Source: Paludibacteraceae bacterium (GTDB taxonomy: Bacteria > Bacteroidota > Bacteroidia > Bacteroidales > Paludibacteraceae). From it: a stretch of 64,000 nucleotides of DNA. The position numbers and the translations under genes are program-made. Location of the stretch: contig JAFWXW010000027.1 in the NCBI GenBank assembly GCA_017517845.1, positions 17,076-81,075 of the forward strand. The letters are read 5' to 3'. Under the pieces are notes generated by a model. That model was not told where the DNA came from. It saw only the letters and a program-made list of their open reading frames with translations, and did not search any database. Shown here one piece after another: positions 29,321-37,714 of this stretch (position 1 is its first letter; each line of letters begins with the position of its first letter).

Positions 29321-29342
29321 TTAACTTTAAAATCAATATTTT

Positions 29343-30905
29343 ATGAGAAGAAAATTTATTATTTTAACTTTCATTACTTTAATGGTAATGAACGCATTTG
29401 CAGCACAAGTTACTATAGATGGTATAGTTTATGGTGATAAAGCTGAATATAGTTCTCTGCAAGATGGAGAAGCTATAGTTCTTAATTATACCAATGATTT
29501 ACCTGCGGCAATGGTAATTGCAGACAAAGTGGAAATTGAGGGAGTTGAACTTACTGTTGTAGAGATTACAGATGGTTTATTTTTGTATAATACTGTACGT
29601 ACTAACGAAATAACTTCTGTGAAGTTGCCTTCTGGACTTAAAAGAATTGGACGTTATGCATTTGAAGATTGTAAAAACCTAGAAACAGTAACAGGAATTC
29701 CTACTACACTTGAGTATATGGGAGGGCGTGTTTTTAATGGTACTAAATGGATAAACTCTCTAGAAGGAGAAGGTGTATATTTGTTTGGTGGTTGGGCTAT
29801 AGCTCATAGAGGTGTGGTTCCTCAATCTTTAACAATGCCAGAGGAAACAATTGGTATTACAGATGGTTTCTTGAAACGTGGTCCAACAAGTGGTTATTAT
29901 AACTTGAAAACACTAGTATTAAACGAGGGATTAAAGCAAATAACTTATTGTGCCTTTGACAATTCTTCTAATTTATCAAAAGTAACTTTACCTGCTTCTT
30001 TAGAATACCTTGATCCAGAGGGATTCTCTGGATGCGGAATTAAAGAATATGAAGTAGCAGCAGGTAGTATGTATTATAGTGCAGTTGATGGTGTTTTGTT
30101 TAATTTAGACAAAACAGAATTGGTTTCGTATCCATCTTACAAAGAAGGTGATTCTTATATTGTTCCAGATGGTGTGACAGATTTATCAGAACATGCATTT
30201 TATGGAACACGTTTAAAGTCTCTTGTACTACCAGAAGGAGTTCAAGTAATAGAATCTCAAGCTATTCGTCAAATGAATAATTTAGAAATTCTTATTCTTC
30301 CTTCAACTATAACTACAATGGGAATGGGTACGTTCTATGCATGTAAAAAATTGAAAACAGTTGTTTTAAAAGCAGAAGAATGTCCTGCATATGGTGGAGT
30401 AGACTTAAGTGCTTCAGATTTTGATAATATGATTCTATATGTTCCATCAGAAAGTGTTGAAACTTATAAGGAAAATTCTTCATGGGGTAAGCTAAATAGT
30501 AATGGTAGAGATAATATTAAATCTATAGATTTACTTAATGTTAGTGGTATTACATTGGATCAAACATCAGCAACACTTGTTGCTGGAGGAACAATCACTC
30601 TTGTTGCTACTGTAAGCCCAGAAAATGCACTTGATAAAACAGTAACATGGTCTAGTAGTGATGAAGGAGTAGCCTTGGTTGAAGGTGGTGTTGTTACAGC
30701 TGTGGCTCAAGGAACAACAACTATTAAAGCTACTGCAGGAGAATTCTCTGCAACTTGTGAAGTGACTGTATCTATACCTACTTCGGTTGAGGATGTTGAA
30801 GAGGATACAGAAGAGACTGTTATTTATGACCTTGCAGGACGTCGTGTTAAGGAAGCAACAAATGGTATTTATATCGTTAATGGTTCCAAGAAATTTATAA
30901 AATAA
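29343..30905 (+). CDS. BspA-type leucine-rich-repeat surface protein with Big_2 domain and T9SS C-terminal tail
   Basis: Repeated LP..L..IG..AF..C..L units; Big_2-like ITLDQTSATLVAGGTITLVATVSPENALDKTVTWSS; tail YDLAGRRV...GIYIVNGSKKFIK. Confidence 0.7.
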   Translation: MRRKFIILTFITLMVMNAFAAQVTIDGIVYGDKAEYSSLQDGEAIVLNYTNDLPAAMVIADKVEIEGVELTVVEITDGLFLYNTVRTNEITSVKLPSGLKRIGRYAFEDCKNLETVTGIPTTLEYMGGRVFNGTKWINSLEGEGVYLFGGWAIAHRGVVPQSLTMPEETIGITDGFLKRGPTSGYYNLKTLVLNEGLKQITYCAFDNSSNLSKVTLPASLEYLDPEGFSGCGIKEYEVAAGSMYYSAVDGVLFNLDKTELVSYPSYKEGDSYIVPDGVTDLSEHAFYGTRLKSLVLPEGVQVIESQAIRQMNNLEILILPSTITTMGMGTFYACKKLKTVVLKAEECPAYGGVDLSASDFDNMILYVPSESVETYKENSSWGKLNSNGRDNIKSIDLLNVSGITLDQTSATLVAGGTITLVATVSPENALDKTVTWSSSDEGVALVEGGVVTAVAQGTTTIKATAGEFSATCEVTVSIPTSVEDVEEDTEETVIYDLAGRRVKEATNGIYIVNGSKKFIK

Positions 30906-30919
30906 TTTTCCTATATATA

Positions 30920-30966
30920 CAAAACGCCGCACTCAAAGTTTTTTATTTTGGGTGCGGCGTTTGTAT
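30920..30966 (+). terminator. intrinsic terminator
   Basis: AAAACGCCGCAC-19 nt-GTGCGGCGTTT. Confidence 0.6.
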
Positions 30967-30983
30967 TATATAAAGAATTTTCT

Positions 30984-30991
30984 TATCTTTG
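30984..30991 (+). promoter_or_regulatory. -7 box TATCTTTG
   Basis: 32 nt upstream of ATG 31023. Confidence 0.45.
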
Positions 30992-31022
30992 CGAGGCAGT
31001 TCTGATTCTTACAAATTGATAA

Positions 31023-31613
31023 ATGAAAACTTCTGAACAAATATTAAAGATTAAATCTACAATACTTTACATCTTAGAAAAATTTCCAGAAGGTATAGAT
31101 TATATCCGACTTTTCAAGATAATGTATTTTGCACAGAGACAACATTTAGTTGTTTATGGCAGTCCTCTTATGGAAGATACATTTGTTGCAAGAAAATTAG
31201 GGCCGGTACCTGCGTTTTCATATAAAGTGGTTAAATATAAAGAAGGTGCTTTGTTGGATAAGTGTGCTATAACAGAAGAGTTGATGGATGTGGCAAATAG
31301 CATTGTTGTTTCTTGTGAAGGTGATGTTAAGATAATAAAGAAAGTTTCTGATGTAGTGTACGATGAAGATGAACTATCTGTTTCTAATATAAAAATGCTA
31401 GACAATAGCATAGAATTCTGTAAATCAAAGGATTCTAAGGAATTATCAAAACTCTCTCATGATAAGGCATGGAAGTTTTGCGATAAAATTTACAAAGAAA
31501 CGGGTGAAAATATCCCAATGACGTATTATAAAATAGCTGAGGCAGGTGATGCTACAAAATCAATGCTAAAGGTTATAAAAGAAAGACAAATGATTAAAGC
31601 AGATTTGTGCTAA
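31023..31613 (+). CDS. Panacea (DUF4065, SocA-like) antitoxin-domain protein
   Basis: RLFKIMYFAQRQHLVVYGSPLMEDTFVARKLGPVPAFSYKVV matches the K.LY.AQ...G.PL....F.A...GPV core of DUF4065 as I recall it. Confidence 0.65.
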   Translation: MKTSEQILKIKSTILYILEKFPEGIDYIRLFKIMYFAQRQHLVVYGSPLMEDTFVARKLGPVPAFSYKVVKYKEGALLDKCAITEELMDVANSIVVSCEGDVKIIKKVSDVVYDEDELSVSNIKMLDNSIEFCKSKDSKELSKLSHDKAWKFCDKIYKETGENIPMTYYKIAEAGDATKSMLKVIKERQMIKADLC

Positions 31614-32080
31614 TGACTTCTCTAGAAGATTTGCAGTTGAAATTTAGAGAAGTCACAGTTGAAAAACTAAAACCTGGTGCTCTCTTAATTACAACTTTAA
31701 CTCCCCAAGACGGCTTAATTCTTAAGAATAACAAGAAATTTCGCAAAAAAAGAATAGTCGTAGTAGGTGTTGATAAGAATACAGAAAAGATTTATGGTTC
31801 TGTTCTTGTTAATACTCACCTGAGTTTGTTGTCAGAATACTCAAGTGAGCATCTCTCTGCTCAATATGAATTGTCTGCAGAGAATTATCCATCATTTTTA
31901 GAATATAATAGTTATGTTGACTGCGGTGAGTTATTTGAAATAGATGTTGATAAACTACTTGCAGGAGAATATCACGGCGAATTAATGGATGAAGATAGGT
32001 CTGCCATTTGGAATATCTTAGAAACCACAGACACCCTAACAACCAAACAAAAGAAAAAATATAATATAAAAAGAAGATAA
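31613..32080 (+). CDS. hypothetical protein, candidate toxin partner of the Panacea-domain gene
   Basis: ATG overlaps upstream TAA (TAATG, 31611-31615); 156 aa; lysine-rich tail KQKKKYNIKRR; no family recognised. Confidence 0.5.
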   Translation: MTSLEDLQLKFREVTVEKLKPGALLITTLTPQDGLILKNNKKFRKKRIVVVGVDKNTEKIYGSVLVNTHLSLLSEYSSEHLSAQYELSAENYPSFLEYNSYVDCGELFEIDVDKLLAGEYHGELMDEDRSAIWNILETTDTLTTKQKKKYNIKRR

Positions 32081-32127
32081 AATAGAGATTAAATCGTTTG
32101 AAAAACTAGATTTATTAGAAAATTTAT

Positions 32128-32135
32128 TATTTTTG
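32128..32135 (+). promoter_or_regulatory. -7 box TATTTTTG
   Basis: About 280 nt upstream of ATG 32416, ahead of the structured leader. Confidence 0.4.
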
Positions 32136-32221
32136 CATTCAAACCAATTAAAAATTAAGACAAACAGACAGAAATTTAGAATTATAAAATAGAAAAATAT
32201 TATTTGAGAAGCGTTATGCTC

Positions 32222-32373
32222 TTCTTTAGATGAAAACCTGAGAAATTTTCAAAATAAGCAAGAATGGCATAGTGGTTTTTCACGTATATGCGTGGACTGC
32301 TATATCTACATCTGCTTATTAGGTTTTCTCAGGACCTTCATCTAAGACGTGGCATGGTAGTCCACGTTTTTTT
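32222..32373 (+). ncRNA. candidate cis-regulatory leader or sRNA with terminator
   Basis: Stacked helices 32223-32233/32338-32347, 32237-32245/32325-32333, 32252-32259/32313-32320, then the terminator; GGCATAGTGG...CACG (32265-) duplicates the terminator sequence GGCATGGTAGTCCACG. Confidence 0.35.
32348..32373 (+). terminator. intrinsic terminator 42 nt before ATG 32416
   Basis: ACGTGG-9 nt-CCACGT followed by T7. Confidence 0.55.
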
Positions 32374-32415
32374 ATGTCTTTACTTAACAGAAATATTAAC
32401 CAATAAATATAATAT

Positions 32416-32928
32416 ATGAAAAGAATCTACATTTATTTTTTAAGCATTTTTGCTTTTTTGTGTGTGGGATTAACTGCTAATGCTGCTGAAAAAGAAGCAA
32501 TGAATGTAATGAGTGATGAAATTAATATTTCTTCTACTCAATTAGAAAATCTAAAGAATATCACTTTTAGTGATACTCAAATGCTCATTTATCTTGAAAA
32601 CGGCAGTGTTATAAAACATGATTTCTCAAAGTTTGACAATGTTATTTTCGGTGAATATGTTCAATTTGTAGGATTAGAAGAGATGTCTTCTGAAAATATA
32701 GAATTCAATGTGTACCTATCAGAAGATAAACTACTCTCAGTGTCAAGCTCTTCTATTATTAATTCTCTTCAACTAGTAGATTTATCTGGTAAAACCATTA
32801 AAATAAATCTTTCTGGAGCAGAATCAAATAGCGTAAAAGTATCCATTGAGTCGTTATCTACAGGTTTATATATAGTATTAGCGCAAACAGAAAATGGAGT
32901 TAAAACAAGTAAAATAATAATCAAATAA
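32416..32928 (+). CDS. secreted protein with T9SS C-terminal sorting domain
   Basis: Signal peptide; tail LVDLSGKTI...LSTGLYIVLAQTENGVKTSKIIIK. Confidence 0.6.
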   Translation: MKRIYIYFLSIFAFLCVGLTANAAEKEAMNVMSDEINISSTQLENLKNITFSDTQMLIYLENGSVIKHDFSKFDNVIFGEYVQFVGLEEMSSENIEFNVYLSEDKLLSVSSSSIINSLQLVDLSGKTIKINLSGAESNSVKVSIESLSTGLYIVLAQTENGVKTSKIIIK

Positions 32929-32940
32929 AATCAATACAAT

Positions 32941-35274
32941 ATGAAAAAGTTATTAATCACAGCTTTTACACTGCTTATTTCGCTAGGTGTAATGGCACAA
33001 ATGGCAAATGACCGCACACTTCGACTTTATTATGGCGGTGAAGTTATCTTCTCACGTCTAGTCTCTCAACTAGATAGTCTTAACTTTAAAGTAAATGCGG
33101 TAGAAGAAGATGAAGAAGATAAACCTGTTGTTCCAGACATTTCTACTTGCGATAAAAATTATTCACAAGAAGGTTTATATTTAGGAATTATAGGTTTTAA
33201 TAATAAACTAAAAGAAAGAGAAATAGGCTTATTAAATCCTAATACCATAAATTCTTATAAGACTTTTGTAAATAATTTAAGTGTAGGCAATGCAACAGTT
33301 CTTTATTACGCAGAAGAAAATGGGTTAGACCGCTTAACACAGGCTTCATTCCCATCAAATTTAATTTCTGCATCTATTGTTACATTTACCGATGGATTGG
33401 ATCAAGGCTCTGTAGCATACAATGAATATTATGAAAATATGGGTATTGCTCAATACTTAACAGACTTGAATGGACGTATTTTATCTGAAAAAGTATGTGG
33501 TTCAAATATTAAAATAGATGCCTACGCTATAGGTTTGCAAGGTAAGGACGTTCAAGATGTAGATGCTTTTAAGAATAACTTAAAGAAACTATCAAGTAGT
33601 GATGATAAGATGTTTGAGGCAAATGATATGGATGAGGTAAATGAAACATTTAATAATATTGCTCGTTCACTATATAGTGCAACATCAATATTTAGTATGA
33701 CATTTAATATTCCAATGCCATCAAATGGAGAGGTTATTCGCTTTACATTTGACAATGTAGAAAAGGCAGAAGATTCAAAATGTTATATAGAAGGTACATA
33801 TAGAAGTAGAAACTTAGAAGATTTAAAATTTGAAGGTTGCTTGTACCAAGGTTCAGCTGTCATTTCTGGTGTAAAATCAGGAGTTGAAATGTCTTTCTCT
33901 TTTGAAGGTTTGTCTGATACAAATAATGAACAACTTCCTAGAACTAATATTCAGAATTTCAAAAAATCATCAGTTAATGGCATTTGGCAATTAAACTCTG
34001 AATTTGATGGAAACTCAAATGTAGAAATTGAAGAAGAACAAAAAACAGCAGTTGTAATGTTAGTCCTAGACTGTTCTAGTTCTTTGGGTGATGACTTCGC
34101 AAGAATGAAATCTGCAGCAAATAACTTCATTTCATTACTTCTAAATGCTAGTGAGCAAAATAATACTGTTTCCTTTAATGCCAATGGTGGTACTGGTAGC
34201 ATGTCTAGTATGACATTTGGTAAAGGTGAAACAAAAACACTAACTGCTAATACTTTCACTCGTACAGGTTATACTTTCACAGGTTGGAATACCAAAGCAG
34301 ATGGCACAGGTACTTCATATTCAGATAAACAATCTATTACTCCTACAGATAATTTAACTCTTTATGCACAATGGGAAGAGTCAAAAGGAACAGGTACTGC
34401 TAATAGTCATGAATGGGTAGATTTAGGTCTTCCTAGTGGAATAAAATGGGCTACGACCAATGTGGGTGCAACCACTCCAGAGGGTTATGGTAATTACTAT
34501 GCTTGGGGTGAAACTCAACCCAAAGCTACATATACTTTAGATAATTACAAATGGTATGATTCGGAAACCGAAACGTATACCAAATATCCTAAAGCCAAAA
34601 GAAATGTAGTATTGTCAGGGTCTGAACAAGGAAGAAAGAGTCTAACATTTAATGTTACAGTTCCTTATGGAACTCATGTCTGTTATATAGCAGGTTCTCC
34701 TAGTTGGGAGCATTTAAAAATGCAGAAAGTTGATGATACTCACTTTACTCTTACTACAGATGAATTAGATGGTTTGGCATACAAATATTGTGCAGGTGAT
34801 ACTTGGACATTTGTTGAAAAGCTAGCTGATGGTGCTCACCCTGATGATAGAGAATATGCAGAAAGTGATGTTGTTGTAGCATGGAACGCTATTCAAGATC
34901 CAGAAATAACTATACTAGAACTAGAAGACGATGCTGCTTATGCTAATTGGGGTGGTGATTGGCGTATGCCTACTATAGACGAAATTGATGAACTTGTAGA
35001 CAATTGTACATGGACTTGGACTACTCAAAATGGAGTTAATGGATACAAAGTAAGTAGTAAAGTAAATGCTAATAGTATTTTCTTGCCTGCCGCAGGCTAT
35101 CGCTATAGTTCCGACATGTACTATGCGGGTTCTAGCGGCTCCTACTGGAGTAGTTCGCTTGGTACGAGCAGCTCGAACAGCGCTTGCAGTTTGTTCTTCG
35201 GTTCGAGCAATGTGGATTGGGGCAACAACTACTTGCGCGACTATGGTCGATCTGTGCGTGCAGTACTGCGTTAG
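32941..35274 (+). CDS. multidomain surface protein: vWA-like, Listeria-Bacteroides repeat, FISUMP (Fibrobacter major paralogous) domain with inserted beta-sandwich module
   Basis: VVMLVLDCSSSLGDDF (vWA MIDAS-like); FNANGGTGSM...RTGYTFTGWNTKADGTGTSY...LYAQW; WVDLGLPSGIKWATTNVGA...YYAWGE...LPAAGYRY...SYWSSS...GRSVRAVL. Confidence 0.7.
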   Translation: MKKLLITAFTLLISLGVMAQMANDRTLRLYYGGEVIFSRLVSQLDSLNFKVNAVEEDEEDKPVVPDISTCDKNYSQEGLYLGIIGFNNKLKEREIGLLNPNTINSYKTFVNNLSVGNATVLYYAEENGLDRLTQASFPSNLISASIVTFTDGLDQGSVAYNEYYENMGIAQYLTDLNGRILSEKVCGSNIKIDAYAIGLQGKDVQDVDAFKNNLKKLSSSDDKMFEANDMDEVNETFNNIARSLYSATSIFSMTFNIPMPSNGEVIRFTFDNVEKAEDSKCYIEGTYRSRNLEDLKFEGCLYQGSAVISGVKSGVEMSFSFEGLSDTNNEQLPRTNIQNFKKSSVNGIWQLNSEFDGNSNVEIEEEQKTAVVMLVLDCSSSLGDDFARMKSAANNFISLLLNASEQNNTVSFNANGGTGSMSSMTFGKGETKTLTANTFTRTGYTFTGWNTKADGTGTSYSDKQSITPTDNLTLYAQWEESKGTGTANSHEWVDLGLPSGIKWATTNVGATTPEGYGNYYAWGETQPKATYTLDNYKWYDSETETYTKYPKAKRNVVLSGSEQGRKSLTFNVTVPYGTHVCYIAGSPSWEHLKMQKVDDTHFTLTTDELDGLAYKYCAGDTWTFVEKLADGAHPDDREYAESDVVVAWNAIQDPEITILELEDDAAYANWGGDWRMPTIDEIDELVDNCTWTWTTQNGVNGYKVSSKVNANSIFLPAAGYRYSSDMYYAGSSGSYWSSSLGTSSSNSACSLFFGSSNVDWGNNYLRDYGRSVRAVLR

Positions 35275-35299
35275 GATTTAATTAAAAAATAATAGATTT

Positions 35300-35340
35300 A
35301 CCGCACTTGAAATTTATTGTTTCGAGTGCGGTTTTGTTTT
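35300..35340. terminator. hairpin terminator between convergent genes
   Basis: ACCGCACT-16 nt-AGTGCGGT followed by TTTGTTTT. Confidence 0.6.
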
Positions 35341-35357
35341 ATTTTGCAATATTGACT

Positions 35358-36440
35358 TTACTTCTTAAAATACGAATCTAGAAGTTTGCTAGCAGCAATG
35401 AAGGAACTTAATTCGTCATTGCTGATTTTTATTTCCATGTCTGAAAGCTGTGCTTCTATTTCTGGATTTTTGTAGAAATGATTGCGTAGGGCTTCGTCGA
35501 TGGTTTCGTACATCCAATATTTAGCTTGAAGTTTGCGTTTGACGTTGAAATAACCATTCTTTCTAGTAAATGCAATGTATTCTTCTATCATTTGCCAAAC
35601 TTCTTCTATGCCTATTTTGTGAAATGCAGAGCAGGTAAGCACTTTTGGTACCCAACCAGACTCATGGGCAGGGAATAGGTGAAGTGCGTTTTGGAATTGG
35701 CATTGTGCAAGTTTGGCTTTCTCTAGGTTTGCACCTTCGGCTTTGTTTATAATAATGCCATCTGCCATTTCCATGATACCACGTTTTATGCCTTGAAGTT
35801 CATCGCCAGTGCCTGCAAGTTGGATAAGTAGGAAGAAATCTACCATGGAATGCACTGCAGTTTCGCTTTGACCTACACCTACAGTTTCTATTATAATTTT
35901 GTCAAATCCTGCTGCTTCGCAAAGCACTACAGTCTCTCTAGTTTTGCGTGCTACACCGCCAAGAGAGCCTGCCGATGGTGAAGGACGAATAAATGCTTTG
36001 TCGCTTACAGATAGTTCTTCCATACGGGTTTTATCACCTAGGATACTACCTTTTGACCTTTCGGAACTAGGGTCGATGGCAAGTACAGCAAGTTTGCTAC
36101 CTTTGTTTACAAGGTGCATACCCAATGCTTCAATAAATGTACTTTTACCTGCTCCTGGTACACCTGTAATGCCTATGCGAGAAGAACGACTAGCATATGG
36201 CAAGCATTTTTCTATTACTTCTTGTGATAGGGCATAATGTTCTGGAAGTGTACTTTCTACAAGTGTAACTGCTTGTCCTAAAATGGAAATATCTCCTTTT
36301 AGTATTCCTTCTACATATTCGCCCGATGTCAAAGTTCTTTTTCTTTTAACTCTAACTAAGTAAGGATTTACAGAAGGTGGCTGTGCAATACCTTTGTTTA
36401 CTGTAAGTCCTTTGTATCTTGGATCATTCTCTGGATGCAT
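35358..36440 (-). CDS. meaB: methylmalonyl-CoA mutase-associated GTPase MeaB/ArgK
   Basis: P-loop GVPGAGKST, ETVGVGQSE, INKAEG (NKxD-like). Confidence 0.85.
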   Translation of the reverse strand: MHPENDPRYKGLTVNKGIAQPPSVNPYLVRVKRKRTLTSGEYVEGILKGDISILGQAVTLVESTLPEHYALSQEVIEKCLPYASRSSRIGITGVPGAGKSTFIEALGMHLVNKGSKLAVLAIDPSSERSKGSILGDKTRMEELSVSDKAFIRPSPSAGSLGGVARKTRETVVLCEAAGFDKIIIETVGVGQSETAVHSMVDFFLLIQLAGTGDELQGIKRGIMEMADGIIINKAEGANLEKAKLAQCQFQNALHLFPAHESGWVPKVLTCSAFHKIGIEEVWQMIEEYIAFTRKNGYFNVKRKLQAKYWMYETIDEALRNHFYKNPEIEAQLSDMEIKISNDELSSFIAASKLLDSYFKK

Positions 36441-36451
36441 AGTTTAAATAA

Positions 36452-36922
36452 TTAATACCTTGGTCTTAAAACGGTTCCCGATAATGTCAGTTTTTTTGTT
36501 GGTGTATTAGAATAAATGTATATTGATTTTTTAAATTTTCCTTTTATTTCATTAGGGTCAATAACAAATCTTATAGTTCCACCCTCATCAAAACCGTATT
36601 GGTCAATTAAGTCTCTCTCCAATATGGTTACTCCTGGAGCAGTGATGATTCTGTGAATCTTCAAGGTGTCAAGCCCCTCATTACAGAAATTAAAATCATA
36701 TTCCAAATCTTGTCTTAGAGTGTCCAATGTGCCAAAATGGTATGTCTCAGAATCAAAACTTAGAACAGGTTCTTGACTTATAACAATAGAATCGGCACTT
36801 ATAGAATCTGTGCAGATAGTGTCTGGTTCTATCTTTATTGTTTCTTTTGGTTCTTTTTTATTAGGCTTTGCCAATAAGTTAAGACTAAGTAAAAACAATA
36901 TGCTCAATATTATATTTCTCAT
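36452..36922 (-). CDS. DUF1573-like secreted protein
   Basis: Signal peptide; YHFGTL...FNFCNEG...L.I beta-sandwich pattern similar to the next gene; weaker match. Confidence 0.5.
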   Translation of the reverse strand: MRNIILSILFLLSLNLLAKPNKKEPKETIKIEPDTICTDSISADSIVISQEPVLSFDSETYHFGTLDTLRQDLEYDFNFCNEGLDTLKIHRIITAPGVTILERDLIDQYGFDEGGTIRFVIDPNEIKGKFKKSIYIYSNTPTKKLTLSGTVLRPRY

Positions 36923-36951
36923 ATCAGGTTAAATATGATGTAAAGGTACAA

Positions 36952-36988
36952 AAAAAGAGTGAAACACGAAAAATGTTTCACTCTTTTT
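36952..36988 (-). terminator. hairpin terminator between the two DUF1573 genes
   Basis: AAAAAGAGTGAAACA-7 nt-TGTTTCACTCTTTTT. Confidence 0.6.
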
Positions 36989-37004
36989 ATATATTGATAA
37001 TTCT

Positions 37005-37125
37005 CAACTCTTCCCCGCAAAATTAATTATAACGAGGAATTTTTAGATATCCGAGGTAGGAAAAACCGGAGTGTACACCCGTACTCGAGGATTTTTACTA
37101 CAAGGATAGCGAGAAAATTACCGTT
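37005..37125 (+). repeat. degenerate member of the mosaic repeat family, locus F
   Basis: CGCAAAATT (37016-37024) and TGTACACCCGTAC (37072-37084) resemble modules Md-end and Ma; internal direct repeat CGAGGAATTTTTA / CGAGGATTTTTA. Confidence 0.35.
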
Positions 37126-37129
37126 AGAA

Positions 37130-37546
37130 TTAGTTTTGTTCAGGTTTTGGTTTTGGTATTACATTACCCTTTATATTAAGTACAATAACTTGTGGTTTTT
37201 CTTCACCAGCTTGTTGGTAACGTACTGTGATACTCTTATTAAAGTTGCCTGGACGACCTGCTGGGTTATAAGTAACTTTGATTAAACCTTTTTTCTTTGG
37301 AGCGATAGGTTCTTTTGGCCAGTTTGGAGTGGTACAACCGCAAGAAGCTTGTACGTTGGTTAAAGTAACAGCTTTTTTGCTGATGTTTTTAAATTCAAAA
37401 TCAAAAGATACTCTGCCATCTACTTCTTGGATAGAACCAAAGTCGTGAACTCTTTCTTCAAATTCAATAGCTTGTGTTGCGTCTTGTGCCCATAATGCTC
37501 CGCATACAGAGAATAATAGAGCTAATAAAAATAATCTTGTTTTCAT
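37130..37546 (-). CDS. DUF1573 domain-containing protein
   Basis: HDFGSI...FEFKN.....L.NVQASCGCTTP motif characteristic of DUF1573. Confidence 0.75.
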   Translation of the reverse strand: MKTRLFLLALLFSVCGALWAQDATQAIEFEERVHDFGSIQEVDGRVSFDFEFKNISKKAVTLTNVQASCGCTTPNWPKEPIAPKKKGLIKVTYNPAGRPGNFNKSITVRYQQAGEEKPQVIVLNIKGNVIPKPKPEQN

Positions 37547-37688
37547 ATTATTTAATGTTTAATGTTTGTTGTTTGATTCTAGGACGCAAAATTACATAAA
37601 AAGTTTATTAAAGTGGTCACTTTTTGTAGTTTTTTTTAGAATATCCTATTTTTAATAATTCTGTAACAAATAATGAAAAGAAAATAAC

Positions 37689-37696
37689 TATCTTTG
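37689..37696 (+). promoter_or_regulatory. -7 box TATCTTTG
   Basis: 18 nt upstream of dapB ATG. Confidence 0.4.
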
Positions 37697-37714
37697 TAAA
37701 AAAATATAAAACTT

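Noticed and set aside
35066-35281. 71-aa alternative-frame ORF at the end of the FISUMP gene
   Set aside because: It is an artefact of the local GC-rich patch, which lowers stop-codon frequency in all frames. The main frame encodes the conserved FISUMP C-terminus.
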